DNA from: Vitrella brassicaformis CCMP3155 | Taxonomy: Eukaryota; Protista; Chromerida | DNA length: 64,000 nt | Direction of reading: 5' to 3' | Assembly: GCA_001179505.1 (NCBI GenBank) | Contig: CDMY01000362.1 | Location: forward strand, 1 to 64,000 | In this document: positions 49,450 through 61,810 of the stretch, piece after piece | Numbering within the stretch: position 1 is the stretch's first letter | Layout: each line of letters opens with the position of its first letter | Notes under the pieces: model-generated | Seen by the model: the letters and a program-made list of their open reading frames with translations, nothing else | Databases searched by the model: none | What the model was told of the DNA's origin: nothing | Program-made: the position numbers and the translations under genes

Positions 49450-52058
49450 ATGTTTGTGCAGCAGAAGCAGCAGCAGCAACACCCGTTTATGCCCCCCTCC
49501 CACCCCTACATGCCTTTGCACCCACCTTACGCCCACAAGGCGATGATGATGGAGCAGCAGCCGCCCAATCAGCGCACCAGGCGCATTCAGCAGCCGCAGG
49601 GACAGCCGCCGTCAGCGCCCCGCCCCGACATCGCCGGCTTGTACAGCACCAACGCCACGTCCAAGGCCGAGAAGAAGGGATGGCTGGAGAGGCTCAGCTG
49701 CGCCATGAAGGACCTCTACGCCAGCCTGACGTGCCCCCTGCCGTGCTGCCAGGTGAAGAAGAGCGCGCCCAGGGCGCCAGAGTTCCCCGCCGCACGGCAG
49801 GGCGCGTCAGCACCGAGGCCGCCCATCTACCGGCCTGGTCCGCCACGACACCCACCCGCCGCAGCGACATTGGCTTCTTCACCGCCTTGCCGAGCCAGCA
49901 TGCCGCCTGCAGCGTCAGGATCACCAGCTGGCACCACCGCCACCGGCCCCGACTCGCCAGCACCACCCGCAGCCCAGCCACGACAACCACCGCTGCCCGA
50001 CTCGCGGGAGGTCCTCATGGCCTTCCAGCCGGCCGGCCGATACATGCAGCGCTGGAGCGACAAGTTCGCCCTTGTCGAGGGGCATTCAGACGCCGCCCCG
50101 CCGCCCCACAGCCGGCTGATGCTCAAGACACTGGTGCCCACGGGCATCGGCGGCCAGCTGGGGGGGTCCATGAGGGACGAGCTCGTGGGGAGGCTCAAGA
50201 GGGAGGCGGAGGCCATGAAGGTCATGGAGGGAAGGACAGGAGATGGCGGCCTACCCATCGCGGCTGAGGTGGTCGCAGAGGGCGACATTCCAGAGGGCGA
50301 GGAGGTGCCGATCCGCCTCATGGGGGAGGAGTGGCAGAAGCACCGCGACGGCGCCTACAAGGGCGACCGCCCGGCCGTAGCCAACACGCGTGTCGAGGCG
50401 CGCCTCTACGGCCACTTCCTGCTGTCGAACTTCGCCGGTGAGTCAGACAAAGAGAGAGGGCCACAGCCACAAACACATCACGTGTATATCTCTGTATTTG
50501 ACTGTCTGTCTGTCTGTCTGTGTCGGTTTCATTCGTTCAGCACTCCTGCCGGAAGCCACCCGAGCAGAGCTGGAGGAGCAGCAGCCCCCACCCTCACCCC
50601 TGCCCCAACCGCCAAGGGCACCACCAGCTGCCGCAGCTGCTGCTGCCCCCGAGGGCCACCGACACACTCGCCCAGTGGACCCGCCGGCCATCGACACACT
50701 GCCCCAGCCCCCCAAGCCACAGCATCCCCCCCGACAGTCCCTGATTCCTGACGAGGACGAGGACTACGTCCCGTCGACCATCCTGCGTGCGCGTGCCGAG
50801 AAGGCCGCCAAGGAGGCCGAGATGGCTCGGGCGAGGGAGGCGGAGAGTGGGGATGAGGGTGAGGAGAGGAGGCAGCAGCAGGCAAAGGTGGAGGAAGGCG
50901 AGCTGTGGACCGGCAGCGTCAACCTCACTGATATCCTCCACATCCGCTGCGGCCGCCTGAAGCCCCCCAGCATCAAGTCGCCGGCCACGGCGCGGAAGCT
51001 GCAGCTCATCAAGCAGACGCTCGAGCGCCTCAACCTCAGCAAAGGTGCCTACCGCCACCTCATGGTGTCGTGCCTGTCGTCACTGGAGGGCATCCATGGG
51101 GCTGGGTGGGTGCACGGGGATACCAATGGCCAGAATGCCATGGTCGTCTGGGATCCCGTCACCCGCCGCCTCTACAGCCCCTGGATCGACTTCGAGGTGG
51201 CCAGGGCGACCACCGAGGCCGAGCAGCCCCTGACGACCACTCCACCCACACTCTGCCACGTGGAGCCGGTGGCGGTGCCCCCTCCCCACTGTGACCCAAC
51301 GGCACTCAGACGTGTCGCCAAGGTGATCGAGGCGGTCATCGACCAGAGCGAGCCCACCACGGCCGCACCGGCAGCACCGCAGTCGCCCCTCTATGGCGCC
51401 TTCAGCCGCATGGCCGACAGCTACGCCATCTGCTCGCTGGCCGCCGCCATCCTCATGGGTCCCCACATGGACCACCCGAGCGGCCCCTCGCACAACCACG
51501 TCATCTTTTCCCCCGCGACCTTCAGGGGTCCCTTTGTGGACCCGCCGAGCGGCCCCTCCGACACCCACCCCATCTGTGGGCAGCAGCTGCCCTTCTTCCC
51601 GGGGGCACATGGGACCCGCAGCCGCAGCAGAAGAGATCAGCAGCAGCAGAGTCTGTACGGCCGCCACTTCGAGTGGGTGGAGGAGGAGGATGCGCTCATT
51701 AAGGTGGCCATCGAGGAGGGGGGCGAGGAGGGGAAAAGGGCGCTGCACGACATTGACGACGAGGACCCGACGAAGCGCCACAAGTGGCTGGTGGGGGCGG
51801 TGGAGCAGCGGCTCGTGTGGGAGGAGCAGAGGGGCGAGTCGCGCGACGAGGAGGCCGTGCAGGACCTCAGGATGGCCCTGGTGCTCGTCAAGGAGGGGAT
51901 GTGTCCGGACGAGGGCGAGAGGCGCCCACTGCGTGAGATCATCCAGTAAGGAAGGCACGCACTCGCACATCCACTTGACAGCAAGCAGCATGCATCGTGT
52001 GTCTGTGCGGGTCTGTGTGTCTTGCTCCTGCTGCAGGCACTGCCACGATTTTCTCTGA
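49450..52058 (+). CDS. Divergent protein kinase, copy C (introns ~50438-50539 and ~51945-52035)
   Basis: Same N-terminal module as copies A and B; RLMLKT (VAIK-like Lys), RLKREAE (alphaC Glu), WVHGDTNGQN, WIDFEVA, and RRPLREIIQ-HCHDFL (subdomain XI-like). Confidence 0.75.
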
Positions 52059-53149
52059 GTAGGAGCAGCAGCAGCAGCAGCAGCAGCATGGTGGCACTGG
52101 CAGCAGTCATGTGGAGCAGCTGCCTGATGGCGTTGCAGGAGCGGCTCAAGCAGGAGCGCATGGCGCAGCGACAGCACTTCCACATACCAGGACATACACC
52201 ACCAGAACCTGAAGGACATGAACATTCAGCAGCACCAGCAGCAGCACCTGCTGGCCCCTCCCCCGCCGACCTTTCCCCTCCCCGCCCGCATGCCCCCTCC
52301 CCCACAGCAGCTGCCGTCATCATACCATGTCGCATTTGAGACCATTGGACTCAGCTACAACCAGCAGCAGCTGATGCACGAGGCCCCCGATGGCTGCCTG
52401 CTGCTCACGGGCGTCGGGGACGCGGCAGCGGACGAGTACATCGGCCCAGTCGACTCGCAGATCCTCGGCTCGCCTCTCGCCCAGCCCATGATGCCGCAGC
52501 TGCAAGACGACCGCAAGACACCAACGGCAGCAGCAGGTGGCGGTGGCGGCAGGATGGTGCCTCTCGGTGCAGAAAGGTCGCATGTCCTTCGCGGCGTTGA
52601 GACAGAAGATGGGCCAGGCGGCCAGTGAGAAGGCCGGTGTCGACAAAGGCGGCGGGGATGGGGGTGTGGACAAGGGTGGGGGAGGCGGTGTGCTGCGCTC
52701 ATCGGGTCTCCGCTCGACCCTCATGCAGCAGAAGCTCCACCAGCGGGCACAGCAGCAGCAGCAGCGAGCGGGCACCATTGCCAAAGTGGCGGGCAAGAGG
52801 ACGGCTGTGGGGCTACAGAAGAAAAAAGGAGAGGCGGGAGACACAGAAGCGCCGAAGGGCAAAGAGGAGTAGAAGGGGTCGGAGCCGATTCCTCACGGCA
52901 GTGCGGTTAGCGAGTCCACCACTGGCCCGTCGTCCAAGCGAGAGACCGACCACAAGACTACACCGCCACTGCGTCGGATGGATGGAGCGGGCAGCAGCGG
53001 CTCTGAGCACCAACCATGTCTGAGCCACACCAGCAGAGCAGCATCAGCGGACGACGGCATTCGTTCGGCGACATCGTGCCACCACGAGCACACGGCGGTG
53101 CTGGGGTCGGGTCGGAGGCGACAAGGCAGGGTGTGGTGTGCTGCAGGTG

Positions 53150-55120
53150 ACTGACCACATTCGAGGCCATCGAGTCGTTCGTTCACCGCCTTCTTCCTCT
53201 CACCTGCTGGCCCTTACTTACTGTGCGGCTCTTCTCGCCCAGCAGCCATGCGCCGCCCCCAGCAGACGTCACGCCATCAGCTGGGGCCCTCCTCCGCCGC
53301 TCTACGTGGAGCCCCCCACAGCAGGCGTGGGATCGCATGGCAGCTGTGCCGTGGGGAGCAGTGGGCTTCACGCGATGATGCAGAGGTGGGAAGGGAGTGC
53401 GGCCAAGTGGTGTTCTCCCGGGGGCTCTCTTCATGGCTGTGACGGCTGGGGCGGTGAGCGAGTGTGCGCAGGAGGGTGTGTCGCTCGTGCGGATGCTGCT
53501 CGCCACAACCAAGTGAGTTGGAGGCGAACCATACACCCACAGAACACACACATCTGTGTCTCTCTATCAGAGGCCCTGAATGAAGATAGCGGCCGTCGTG
53601 CTGCGTCATGACGGCGGGAAGGGCGGCCCGCTGAGCTGAGCTGGGGGGACCTGTGTTGGTGCCTGGGCATTCGCGATGTGACTGCCAAGGCGACGTGCTT
53701 CTCTTCGCACCAAACACCACAACTAAGTGGGCTTCCATCTACCACACACATGCAGACCTGCACAGCACAGGCAGAAACACGCGACACCTGTCTCCTGTCT
53801 GTCTGTCTGTCTGTCTGTGGATGGTCCAGGTGGTGGTGCCCGTGGGCCTCGTGGAGACTTCAGCAGCACTTTTCACCTCACCATCATCCCTCCAACCATC
53901 GTACACCGCCTCACCTTTCGCCCTAAGCACCATCAATACCACCACCGACAGCAAGGATACTGCTGGTCCGGCAATCGAGGTCCCCGATCTGTTGGAGGCC
54001 CTTGTTGCGGTGGCAATGGTGGCCGAGAAGGGCTTGAGGTCGGGGGCAGAGGAGAAGGACAGTGTTGTTGTTGGTGGTGGTAGCATGTGTGTGGATGGTG
54101 AGGAGGGGGGCGATGAGTGTGTGTGCGAGGGCGGGGGGCTGGAGATGCTGCGGCAGCAGATCTAGACAATGGCGCTCACGGCCATCTGCGAAATGCTCAA
54201 GGATAAGGCTGTCGTCGGTAGGATGAACACACACACACACACACACACACATACACACAAAGAGAGAGAGAGAGAGAGAGAGGACCAACCAGAAGCCCAC
54301 TGTCTGTCTGCCCGTATGTGTGTGTCCGCCAGAAAGGGTGCTGTCTCGCCAGAAAGGAGCTGTTCCAGCCGCTATTGGACATCTCCCTCCGCCCCGTGCA
54401 AGTGCGCTCCTTCACTTGACCGGCCTTGCCGACCTCCACGAGCGGGCGCAGAAGTTGCGGCAGGTCGCCAGGGACAGGCTGCAAAACACCATCCCGCACT
54501 CGACCTTCCGGCTGTTCAAGGGCCTCCTGCCCACTGCATGGGACTTCCAAACGGCCCGGCACTTCATCTTCAGCTGGACGAGGGGGATGATGGAGAGAGA
54601 TCGACTACATGCAGCTGCTCAGGGCGGTCTCGATCAGCATGAGCAGCCATCTTGGCCAACTGAGAGGCATCCGGAAGAGCCCCAAGCCGCCACCAGCACC
54701 ACCACCACGCGCTCATACCTCTCACTGTCGACATTCACGCCCTCATCCTGTCTGCCCTCCCGTTCGCTCATCGGAAGGCCTGTGGCGGGTAGACGGTGCA
54801 GCGGATGGTGACGTCGTGGGGCAAGTGGATGATGCACAAGAGCAGAATGGACGGGGGACGAATTGGGCGAAGGGGGTAAGTAGACACACGTCGCCCACCA
54901 CAACACGTCATGCACACACACCGTGAGCATCATGACCCTGTCGCCTGTCTGTCTGTCTGTCTGTCTGTTTTTGTCTCTGTCAGGGTTGTGATGTCGCTGC
55001 CCTCGTTGGTTTGGCGGCCGTGGCGGCGTCGGATCGGCAACCAACCATTCATCATGCCCGACGCCTTCAAGCGTACCGACACTCTGCAGCGTACAGCACC
55101 CCCACACTGACGGCCGAATA
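53150..55120 (+). pseudogene. Degenerate multi-exon gene of an unknown family
   Basis: Exon-like blocks with splice sites; in-frame TAG at 54163-54165 between ORFs 53653..54165 and 54169.. Confidence 0.4.
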
Positions 55121-56489
55121 GACGCAACGCCACTCACTCACCAGGGTAGGTCTGCGACACGCACGGCATAGCACTAACATGAGACCGTCTCCCCCATTCA
55201 CCGTCGGTTCGTGTTGCCCCTCACCCGCAGGTTCTCGTTTGCTCTCGCGTTGGGCCCGTGTGGTTCTGTCGCGCTTTGTTTTCTCGTTCGTTTTCGGCTG
55301 GCTGGCCTCACCATGAGCGGCAGTGTGTGGCTGTCCCGACCCCTGCGTGTGCCGCCACAACTGCATGAACTTGGGGATGCGCCGACCAGCCAACGTAACA
55401 CCGCCACGACTTTCTTCTTGTTTGGGATGTCTGTCTGATTATGGATAGCCGTCGGTCGTCGATTTTTCCTCTCGTGGCAGGGAAACGTACGTGCTGTTTT
55501 TGTTGGCCAACCTGGATGTGTTTTTGTCGCCCTCTTCTTGTCCTTCGGTTCGTTCGGTTTGCGTATTGTATAGATGGAGGCGGGGGAAGGGCAGTGTCCG
55601 AGCCAACCCAACCCACGATGGGCGTAGAAAGGCCGTGTTGGCCGTATCCCGTCGGGGGAAGGCCGTTTTGGCCGTATCCCGTCCATCACCCGTGGATGGC
55701 TCAGGCGATGTGTGTGGTGTGGGAGGGAGGGAGGCGTAGTTTGACTAGACGATCGTCTCGCCCACCCGCACCGCACACACATGCCCTCCCTCTGGTCTGG
55801 TTGCCGAGCACCGCTGTTGTTTTCCTCACTTGCTATGTATTTCTTTCACACCGTCATTCGGTTTCACTTTTGCCACTAGGGAGGGGAGGGAGAGAATTCA
55901 GTCGTTTGCATTGGCCTGGTCGTGTGTGAAAGGCTGTCTGTCGGTCTGTCGGTCTGTCTGTCTGTCTGTCGGTCTGTAAACACTTTATCTTTGTCTCGTA
56001 TTCATTTGCGGGTTATGTTTCTGTCGGTGGGGGTGGGGCATTCTTTTCCGAGTGAGTGATAGCGAGTGGAGTCGTCCGTCCGTCCGTCCATCTGTCGAGC
56101 ATGACAGGTACACATACACGCACATCGACACGCCCACAAGGCTCGCTGATCATGATACATGATTGGTTGTCGGTCAGGTCAATCGAGGCTGCAGCTGTTG
56201 TGTCGATCAGCTCACTTCGGCCCCTCACATCGTGTCCATTCTGCAAGACTTCGGCAACCGCTGACGCTTCCAGCCAGTCGACTCGTCTATCTGCCACAGA
56301 GGAGAGGCTGCCGAAGCCGCCGGCGAGAGGTGGTTGAGGGGGCGTCATGCGTTTGTCAGGCCCGCGGGTTATCAGCAACAAGAACCAGTCCACTGAAGGA
56401 GAGCACGCCGCACCATAGCAACGGCATTAATCGGCAAGGCCGAGAGCTCGCTCGCCTGCCATCGATGCGAGTGGCGCTGTTCTGTTTGG

Positions 56490-56800
56490 ATCGACCAGAC
56501 AGACATCTGGCTGGCTGGCTGGCAGGGTTGGGCAGAGATGGATAGATTGTTGGGCGGTCGGCGGGATGAATGGATGGGTTTGCTCACAGCGCCTTCGTGT
56601 CTTATGTACCTACGCACAGTTGCTTGCCGTGAGACCACTGACTTGCCGTGTGTGTGCGCCGTGAGACCACTGACTTGCCGTGACCTATTTTTGGTGCATT
56701 CCCATGTGGTGACACTGACTGGTATGGCTCGCGGCGCCCTCCACACACACAGAGAGACACACACCTCTGCACGCACTGCGTAAGTGCACATACATACGTA
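56490..56800 (+). repeat. Dispersed non-coding repeat, copy 2 (with an internal duplication of ccgtgagaccactgacttgccgtg)
   Basis: Homologous to 7480-7810. Confidence 0.75.
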
Positions 56801-57029
56801 CATTTGTAGTACCTGAGTGATGCACAGGGGTCTGCCTGCTTGGCTGGCCGAGCACTGTGGCCATGTGGGTGCAGCTGTACTGGTAGATAGCTGTGATTGA
56901 TCCATTTGCCACCTGCTGGTGGCAGAGTGGATGACTGGGTGCCGCACACGCACCTCCTTAACTTGATGGGCCCGCCAATTGATTTGACCATCTTGAGGCA
57001 GTACATACAAACGAAGACACACGTGGCCA

Positions 57030-57460
57030 CGTGGGAGGATGATGAACTGCCCTCTGCAGTGAGTAATCCGTCAGCCAGTGCTCACGAACAGCAGCCCCGG
57101 GGCATCACATTGACAGACGGGCCACCTTGGCTGCTGCTCGGTTCTTGACGTGCACACGGGTATGAAGATCGACACACTGCAGCAGGTGAGGCAGCTACAC
57201 AGAAGGATACGAGAGAGAAGTTGGGTACACGTAACGCGTGTATTGTGATTTCCTGTGACCTCCCTGGTTGCCTTTCAGCCTTCGAGTGCCACGTCGACTT
57301 GCACTGCCTGAGTGGAGGCCTGACTGACGGACGGATGGAAGAGGAGCAGAGCGGTGCGGTCCACGTGGACCTACTGACACGATTCGCTATCGTTTTCCAA
57401 ATGGTCTTTGTTCAGTTCTCAATGCACGTCATTCGAAAGAAGTCGTCCATTCGCCATTGC
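57030..57460 (+). pseudogene. Remnant of the TLDc C-terminus plus 3' flank of a BTB-TLDc paralog
   Basis: gggccaccttggctgctgctc...acacactgcagcaggt and gagagaagttggg...tattgtgatttcctgtg match 61200-61340; acacgattcgctatcgtt...gtcgtccattcgccatt matches 61712-61782. Confidence 0.75.
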
Positions 57461-58216
57461 AAAGAGGTCTCTTGAAGCAAATCACTCATTCACTCACTCA
57501 TTCAATCATTCACTCACTCATTCATTCACTCATTCACTTCTTGAGTCTGTCTGAAGAAGGAGTCTGTTTCTCGAGAGAACGTGTTCAAGTGAGCTGGTCA
57601 TTCATCAAAAACAATTCATCCAAAGCGAGCGGGTCTCACTGCGGCTGAATGCTTGACTTCTGACGAGTCCTATGGGCCCACAGAAGGGCTCCTTCGCCCT
57701 CTTTTGTCGACCTGCAAGCCGATCGATGCGAGCCTGAGAGAGTGGGCGAGAAGAACGAAACAATTCGCTTCCCAGGCCTCTTGGCGAGCCGAACGAGGAC
57801 CTGCTAACCGAACGAGTCCGTCTGTCCATCGCTGCAGCCGCTTCCCGTGTGCAACTGACCCATCGGCGGCTATCCAACGTGTCGAGTGTTCACGGCCCTG
57901 CTGCTCAACAGATAATCGCGCCACGTAGCGGCTTCTCGTCCAACGGTGAGTGAATATGCGGCGATTGGATCACTCAAGCACACCGATGAGCTCTTTGCTG
58001 TCTGTGTGTCTTGATGGTCTTCAGGTCTGCCTTGTCGACGGGCGGACTGGTTGGTTATTTTTGAACGGCCTTGAGTGTGCTGCTGGCCGTCGACTCAGAC
58101 TTTTGATAGGCAAGCACTGATGCACACAACACACACACCAGGTGCCTGCAGGCCCATCTCTGTGTGTGTGGTCTATGGTGCAGCTGTTGGTCTGTGTGTT
58201 TGAGTGGGTGAGAGCG

Positions 58217-61200
58217 ATGTCATCGGAGCGTCCCGACACCGACATGGCCCCTGCTGGCCCGGCGGACGGTGGCGATGGCGATGAAGGTACGCTCAGCTCA
58301 CACAAATGCACCACATTTAACGCTCAGCACCATCGCCGAGCATCGTGTGTGTGTGTGTCTGTGCGTTCCTCTGCAGAGCAACATGGCGGTGGTGACGTGC
58401 GGCGGCCAATGGATGTGGAGGAGCGCCAGGACGGCCGTGCGGGCGGTGGTTCCGTGAGCAATGTCGTCATGAGGCAGACGAACAACGCCTCAACGACAGA
58501 GCCCTCTCACATGCCATCGCCGGTACGCCAACGAACAAGAGCACCGCGATTGACAGACACCTTCACCCACTCTCCCCTACGTGTGTGTGTCATTCAGCTC
58601 ACGGCCACGGTGGCGGGTGGGCCACAAGCAGCAGCAGCAGCAGCAGCAGGTAGTCAACAAAGGCACAGCAGCCAGCCTGACGCAGCACATCATCATGGTC
58701 TGGGTCGTGCGTTGGTGTGTATGTGTGTATGTGTGTGTGAAGGTGAAGGCGTTGTGAAGCGTGCCGGCTCTCCTCTGGACCGTGAGGAGCCTAAGAGGGC
58801 CAAGAGAGACGGCCAGACGCACCAATCTGCCGCCAACCTGGACGCTGCCAAGGAGGCGCCAGACAGCAGCAGCACTCAAACAGACAAGCCGTGGCGGATC
58901 AACGTGGGCGGCTTCACCATGGAGTTCCCTCGTGAAGTGCTGCTGCGAGATGGCCTCAAGGACACACGCCTGGCAATGTTGTTTCACCGCTTCGCTGAGT
59001 CGCTGCTCAAGGACACCGACGGCATCCCCTTCATCGACGCAAACCCGCACTACTTCATCTGGCAGGGCGGGAAGCAAACCCCATGTTGTTTGATTGACAT
59101 TCATCCGCTGGCCGCGTGTTTGACTCTCTCCATCTGTGTGTGTCAGGTTGGATGTCAAGTTGGGTTTTCTCAAGGCGGGCTGGATCGACGACATCACGCT
59201 CTCCGACGACTGCCCCGCCAAGGCCTTCTACCACGACCTGTGCTTCGCCAAGACGACACTCAGCATGACGCCACAGGACGACCAGGGCAGTGAGGCCTTC
59301 CAGAACTTCATGGCGGTGATGGGCCGCTTCATCAAGTCATCGGCGGCCAGAGGGACGGGCGGCTATGAGGTGCTGAGTGCCGTTGTGCATGGCACGACTG
59401 TTTCCACGACGGACGCCACCCTGGACGACCACAGCACATTCGGCAGACGATTCACGAAGTCAGTTGGGGCAAATGAGGAGGAGGGGAACGGCGCAGTATG
59501 GACTTGTGGGTGTGTGTGTGTGTGTGCCTGTAGGTTTGCGGCACCCGTCACCGATGAGAGTGTGCCGACGACCACCTTCGAGAAGTAAGGCGACACATCA
59601 CAGGCGGACAGAGGGCATCTGTGGGTGGCCTGGCCTGGTTTGGTTCTCACAGGGTCGTGGATTTCGTCCGCCGCCGTCGCCTGGCCCCCGACGCCGTCTT
59701 GGCCCTCCCCATCGCCGACGACTGGCCGCAGCTGCTGAGTGCCTTTGAGATGTACGACCTGATGGAGTGTGTGTACCTGACCATGATCGGCAAACCGCAC
59801 AGCACCATACGCAGCCTCTTCAGGTGTGCAATCACAGCAGAGAGGCACACAACGGCCAACATCCCTTCCGTGTGCGTCTCTGTGTGTGTGCCAGGGATTC
59901 TGTGCACGGCGAATCGCACGAGCCTCTGCTCGACCGAGTGGCGGGCGGAGAAGGCGGCCGGCTGTTCGTCATCGAGCCCGAGTGCAAAGAGGGCCACCGC
60001 CACATCTTCGCGTGCCTCATCGACGGCCCCCTCATCGCGCCGTCCGACCCCACAGCAGAGGTGCTCACCAGGCGGCTCACCACCTTCTACTCCATCAGTG
60101 GGGCGTTCAAGGACCAAGAGGGCATCGTCAGCATCACGGTGCCGCACAACCAGCAGCGTGTGGACGTCGCTGGCACACAGGGGGTGGTCAAGGCCACCAA
60201 CGGTGTTGGTGGCAGTGTGTGCATCGGTAGCAGCCGCCTGTGGCTGGGGAGTGGCGGCAATGTGGCCATCGGTCACGGCCGCCTGTGGCTGGGGCATGGA
60301 GGGAAGGAGGATGGTCGTCCGGCCGGCGACCTGCGTCGCTGCTGCCAGTGGGTGGAGAGGGACGACCTGCCCGCCGGCAAGACATACCGAGGCAGCTACA
60401 CCAACGGACGGGCCACTCTGGCGGGCAGCCATTCCTTCACTGCCCAGCGGCTGGAGGTGTATGAGGTCAGTCAGACGTCAACGAAGGGGGGCTGAGTTGA
60501 TGTGTCTATGATGGACCGTTGATGTCTGTCTGTCTGTGTGCAGGTGTTGACGACTCGTCCGGCCGAGCCCGTCCTGTCTGCTGCTCAGCTGCAGGAGCTC
60601 ATCAACATGACGGGCAATGCCAATGCGACGCCGAAGCTGCTCTACAAGTGTGTGACCAGCCCACAGACAGAAGCAGTGGTGATGTCACTGATTCGCTCGC
60701 TCTCTCTCTCTCTGTGTGTGTGTGTGGCTGTGTGTCAGGGGTGCGTGCGACGGCTGGATGTACCCCGCCATGCTGGCCAAGGTGGGCACCGCCACCAATC
60801 TGCTGCTGGTCCTCAAGGACACCGGCGACCACGTCATCGCCTCCCACATCAACGGACAGCTCAAGCAGCCCGCCGACCCCACTCGTGTGCAGAAGACCAA
60901 GTGGCCCGTGGCCCTCTACTCGGTGTGTGGCGCATTCAGCGAGGCCGACGGCATCACACGCATCGCAGTGCCGGACGACGAGCAGTATGTGAATGTCGCC
61001 GGCCCACAGGGGGCGGTCAAGGGCGATGGCGCCAATGTGTCCGACGCCAATGTGTCCATCGGTGGCGGCCGCCTGTGGCTGGGGTGGGGGTGGCCGGATT
61101 GTCGTCCGGCCGGCGATCTGCGTCGCTGCTACCAGTGGTTGAAGAGGGACGAGCTGCCCGCCGGCGCGACATACAGAGGCAGCTACGACACCATCGACGG

Positions 61201-61309
61201 ATGGGCCACCTTGGCTGCTGCTCCGACCTTCACGTGTGTGGACATGGAGGTCTACACACTGCAGCAGGTCAGACAGACAGACAGACAGAGAGAAGTTGGG
61301 TTCACGTAG
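58217..61309 (+). CDS. BTB/POZ (x2) + TLDc-like (x2) protein, copy 2 (apparently intact, ~10 exons)
   Basis: WRINVGGFTMEFPREVLL...FIDANPHYF; second BTB-like VVHGTTVSTTDATL...FEKVVDFVRRRRL; KLLYK-GACDGW...LLLVLKDTGDHVIA and RLEVYEV TLDc-like motifs. Confidence 0.85.
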
Positions 61310-61810
61310 ACGATATTGTGATTTCCTGTGGTACTCCTGGTTGGCTGTCAGGCGTCGGCCGACAGTGGCTGAGTGAGTGATGCGAGATGAGCACTGCGGT
61401 GCGGTCAGTGGTGGACGTGCGGCGGTGTGTGTCATGGGCGGTGGAGGGAAAGGCAGCGGAGGGGAGGGGAGGACAGATCAGCCAGTTGTGTGTCTGTGTG
61501 TGGGTGTGAGGGCGACACAGTCCCTCTGCTATGGCCGATCCGCTCCTTTTTCCATCCTTCCTTGGTGTGTGTATATGTACACTCTGTCTTTATGTGTATC
61601 TGTTGCGTGACCGCATGTGATCGCATCCGATAATGACCGATTCCTTCCCGGCCACGTGTGTGTATACATGCTCTTTTTCATCGCCCTGTTGCATGTGCTC
61701 GGCTGTGGACTTACACGATTCGCTATCGTTCTGAGAATGGTCTCTGTTTGGTTCATTCGGAAGATGTCGTCCATTCGCCATTCATTCATTCATCACAATC
61801 CGTCCGCTCG

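Noticed and set aside
55628-55685. Two copies of aaggccgt[g/t]ttggccgtatcccgtc; similar pairs at 39251-39292 and 6217-6256
   Set aside because: Only two adjacent units with no unique spacers and no cas genes; simple tandem duplications, not CRISPR
55130-56480. ORFs of 100-190 aa in this interval
   Set aside because: Low-complexity intergenic sequence with no consistent splice pattern or domain
57480-57545. (TCAC/TCAT)n tract resembling a telomeric or regulatory repeat
   Set aside because: A degenerate tetranucleotide microsatellite, also seen at 11527-11555 and ~61780; not a telomere motif
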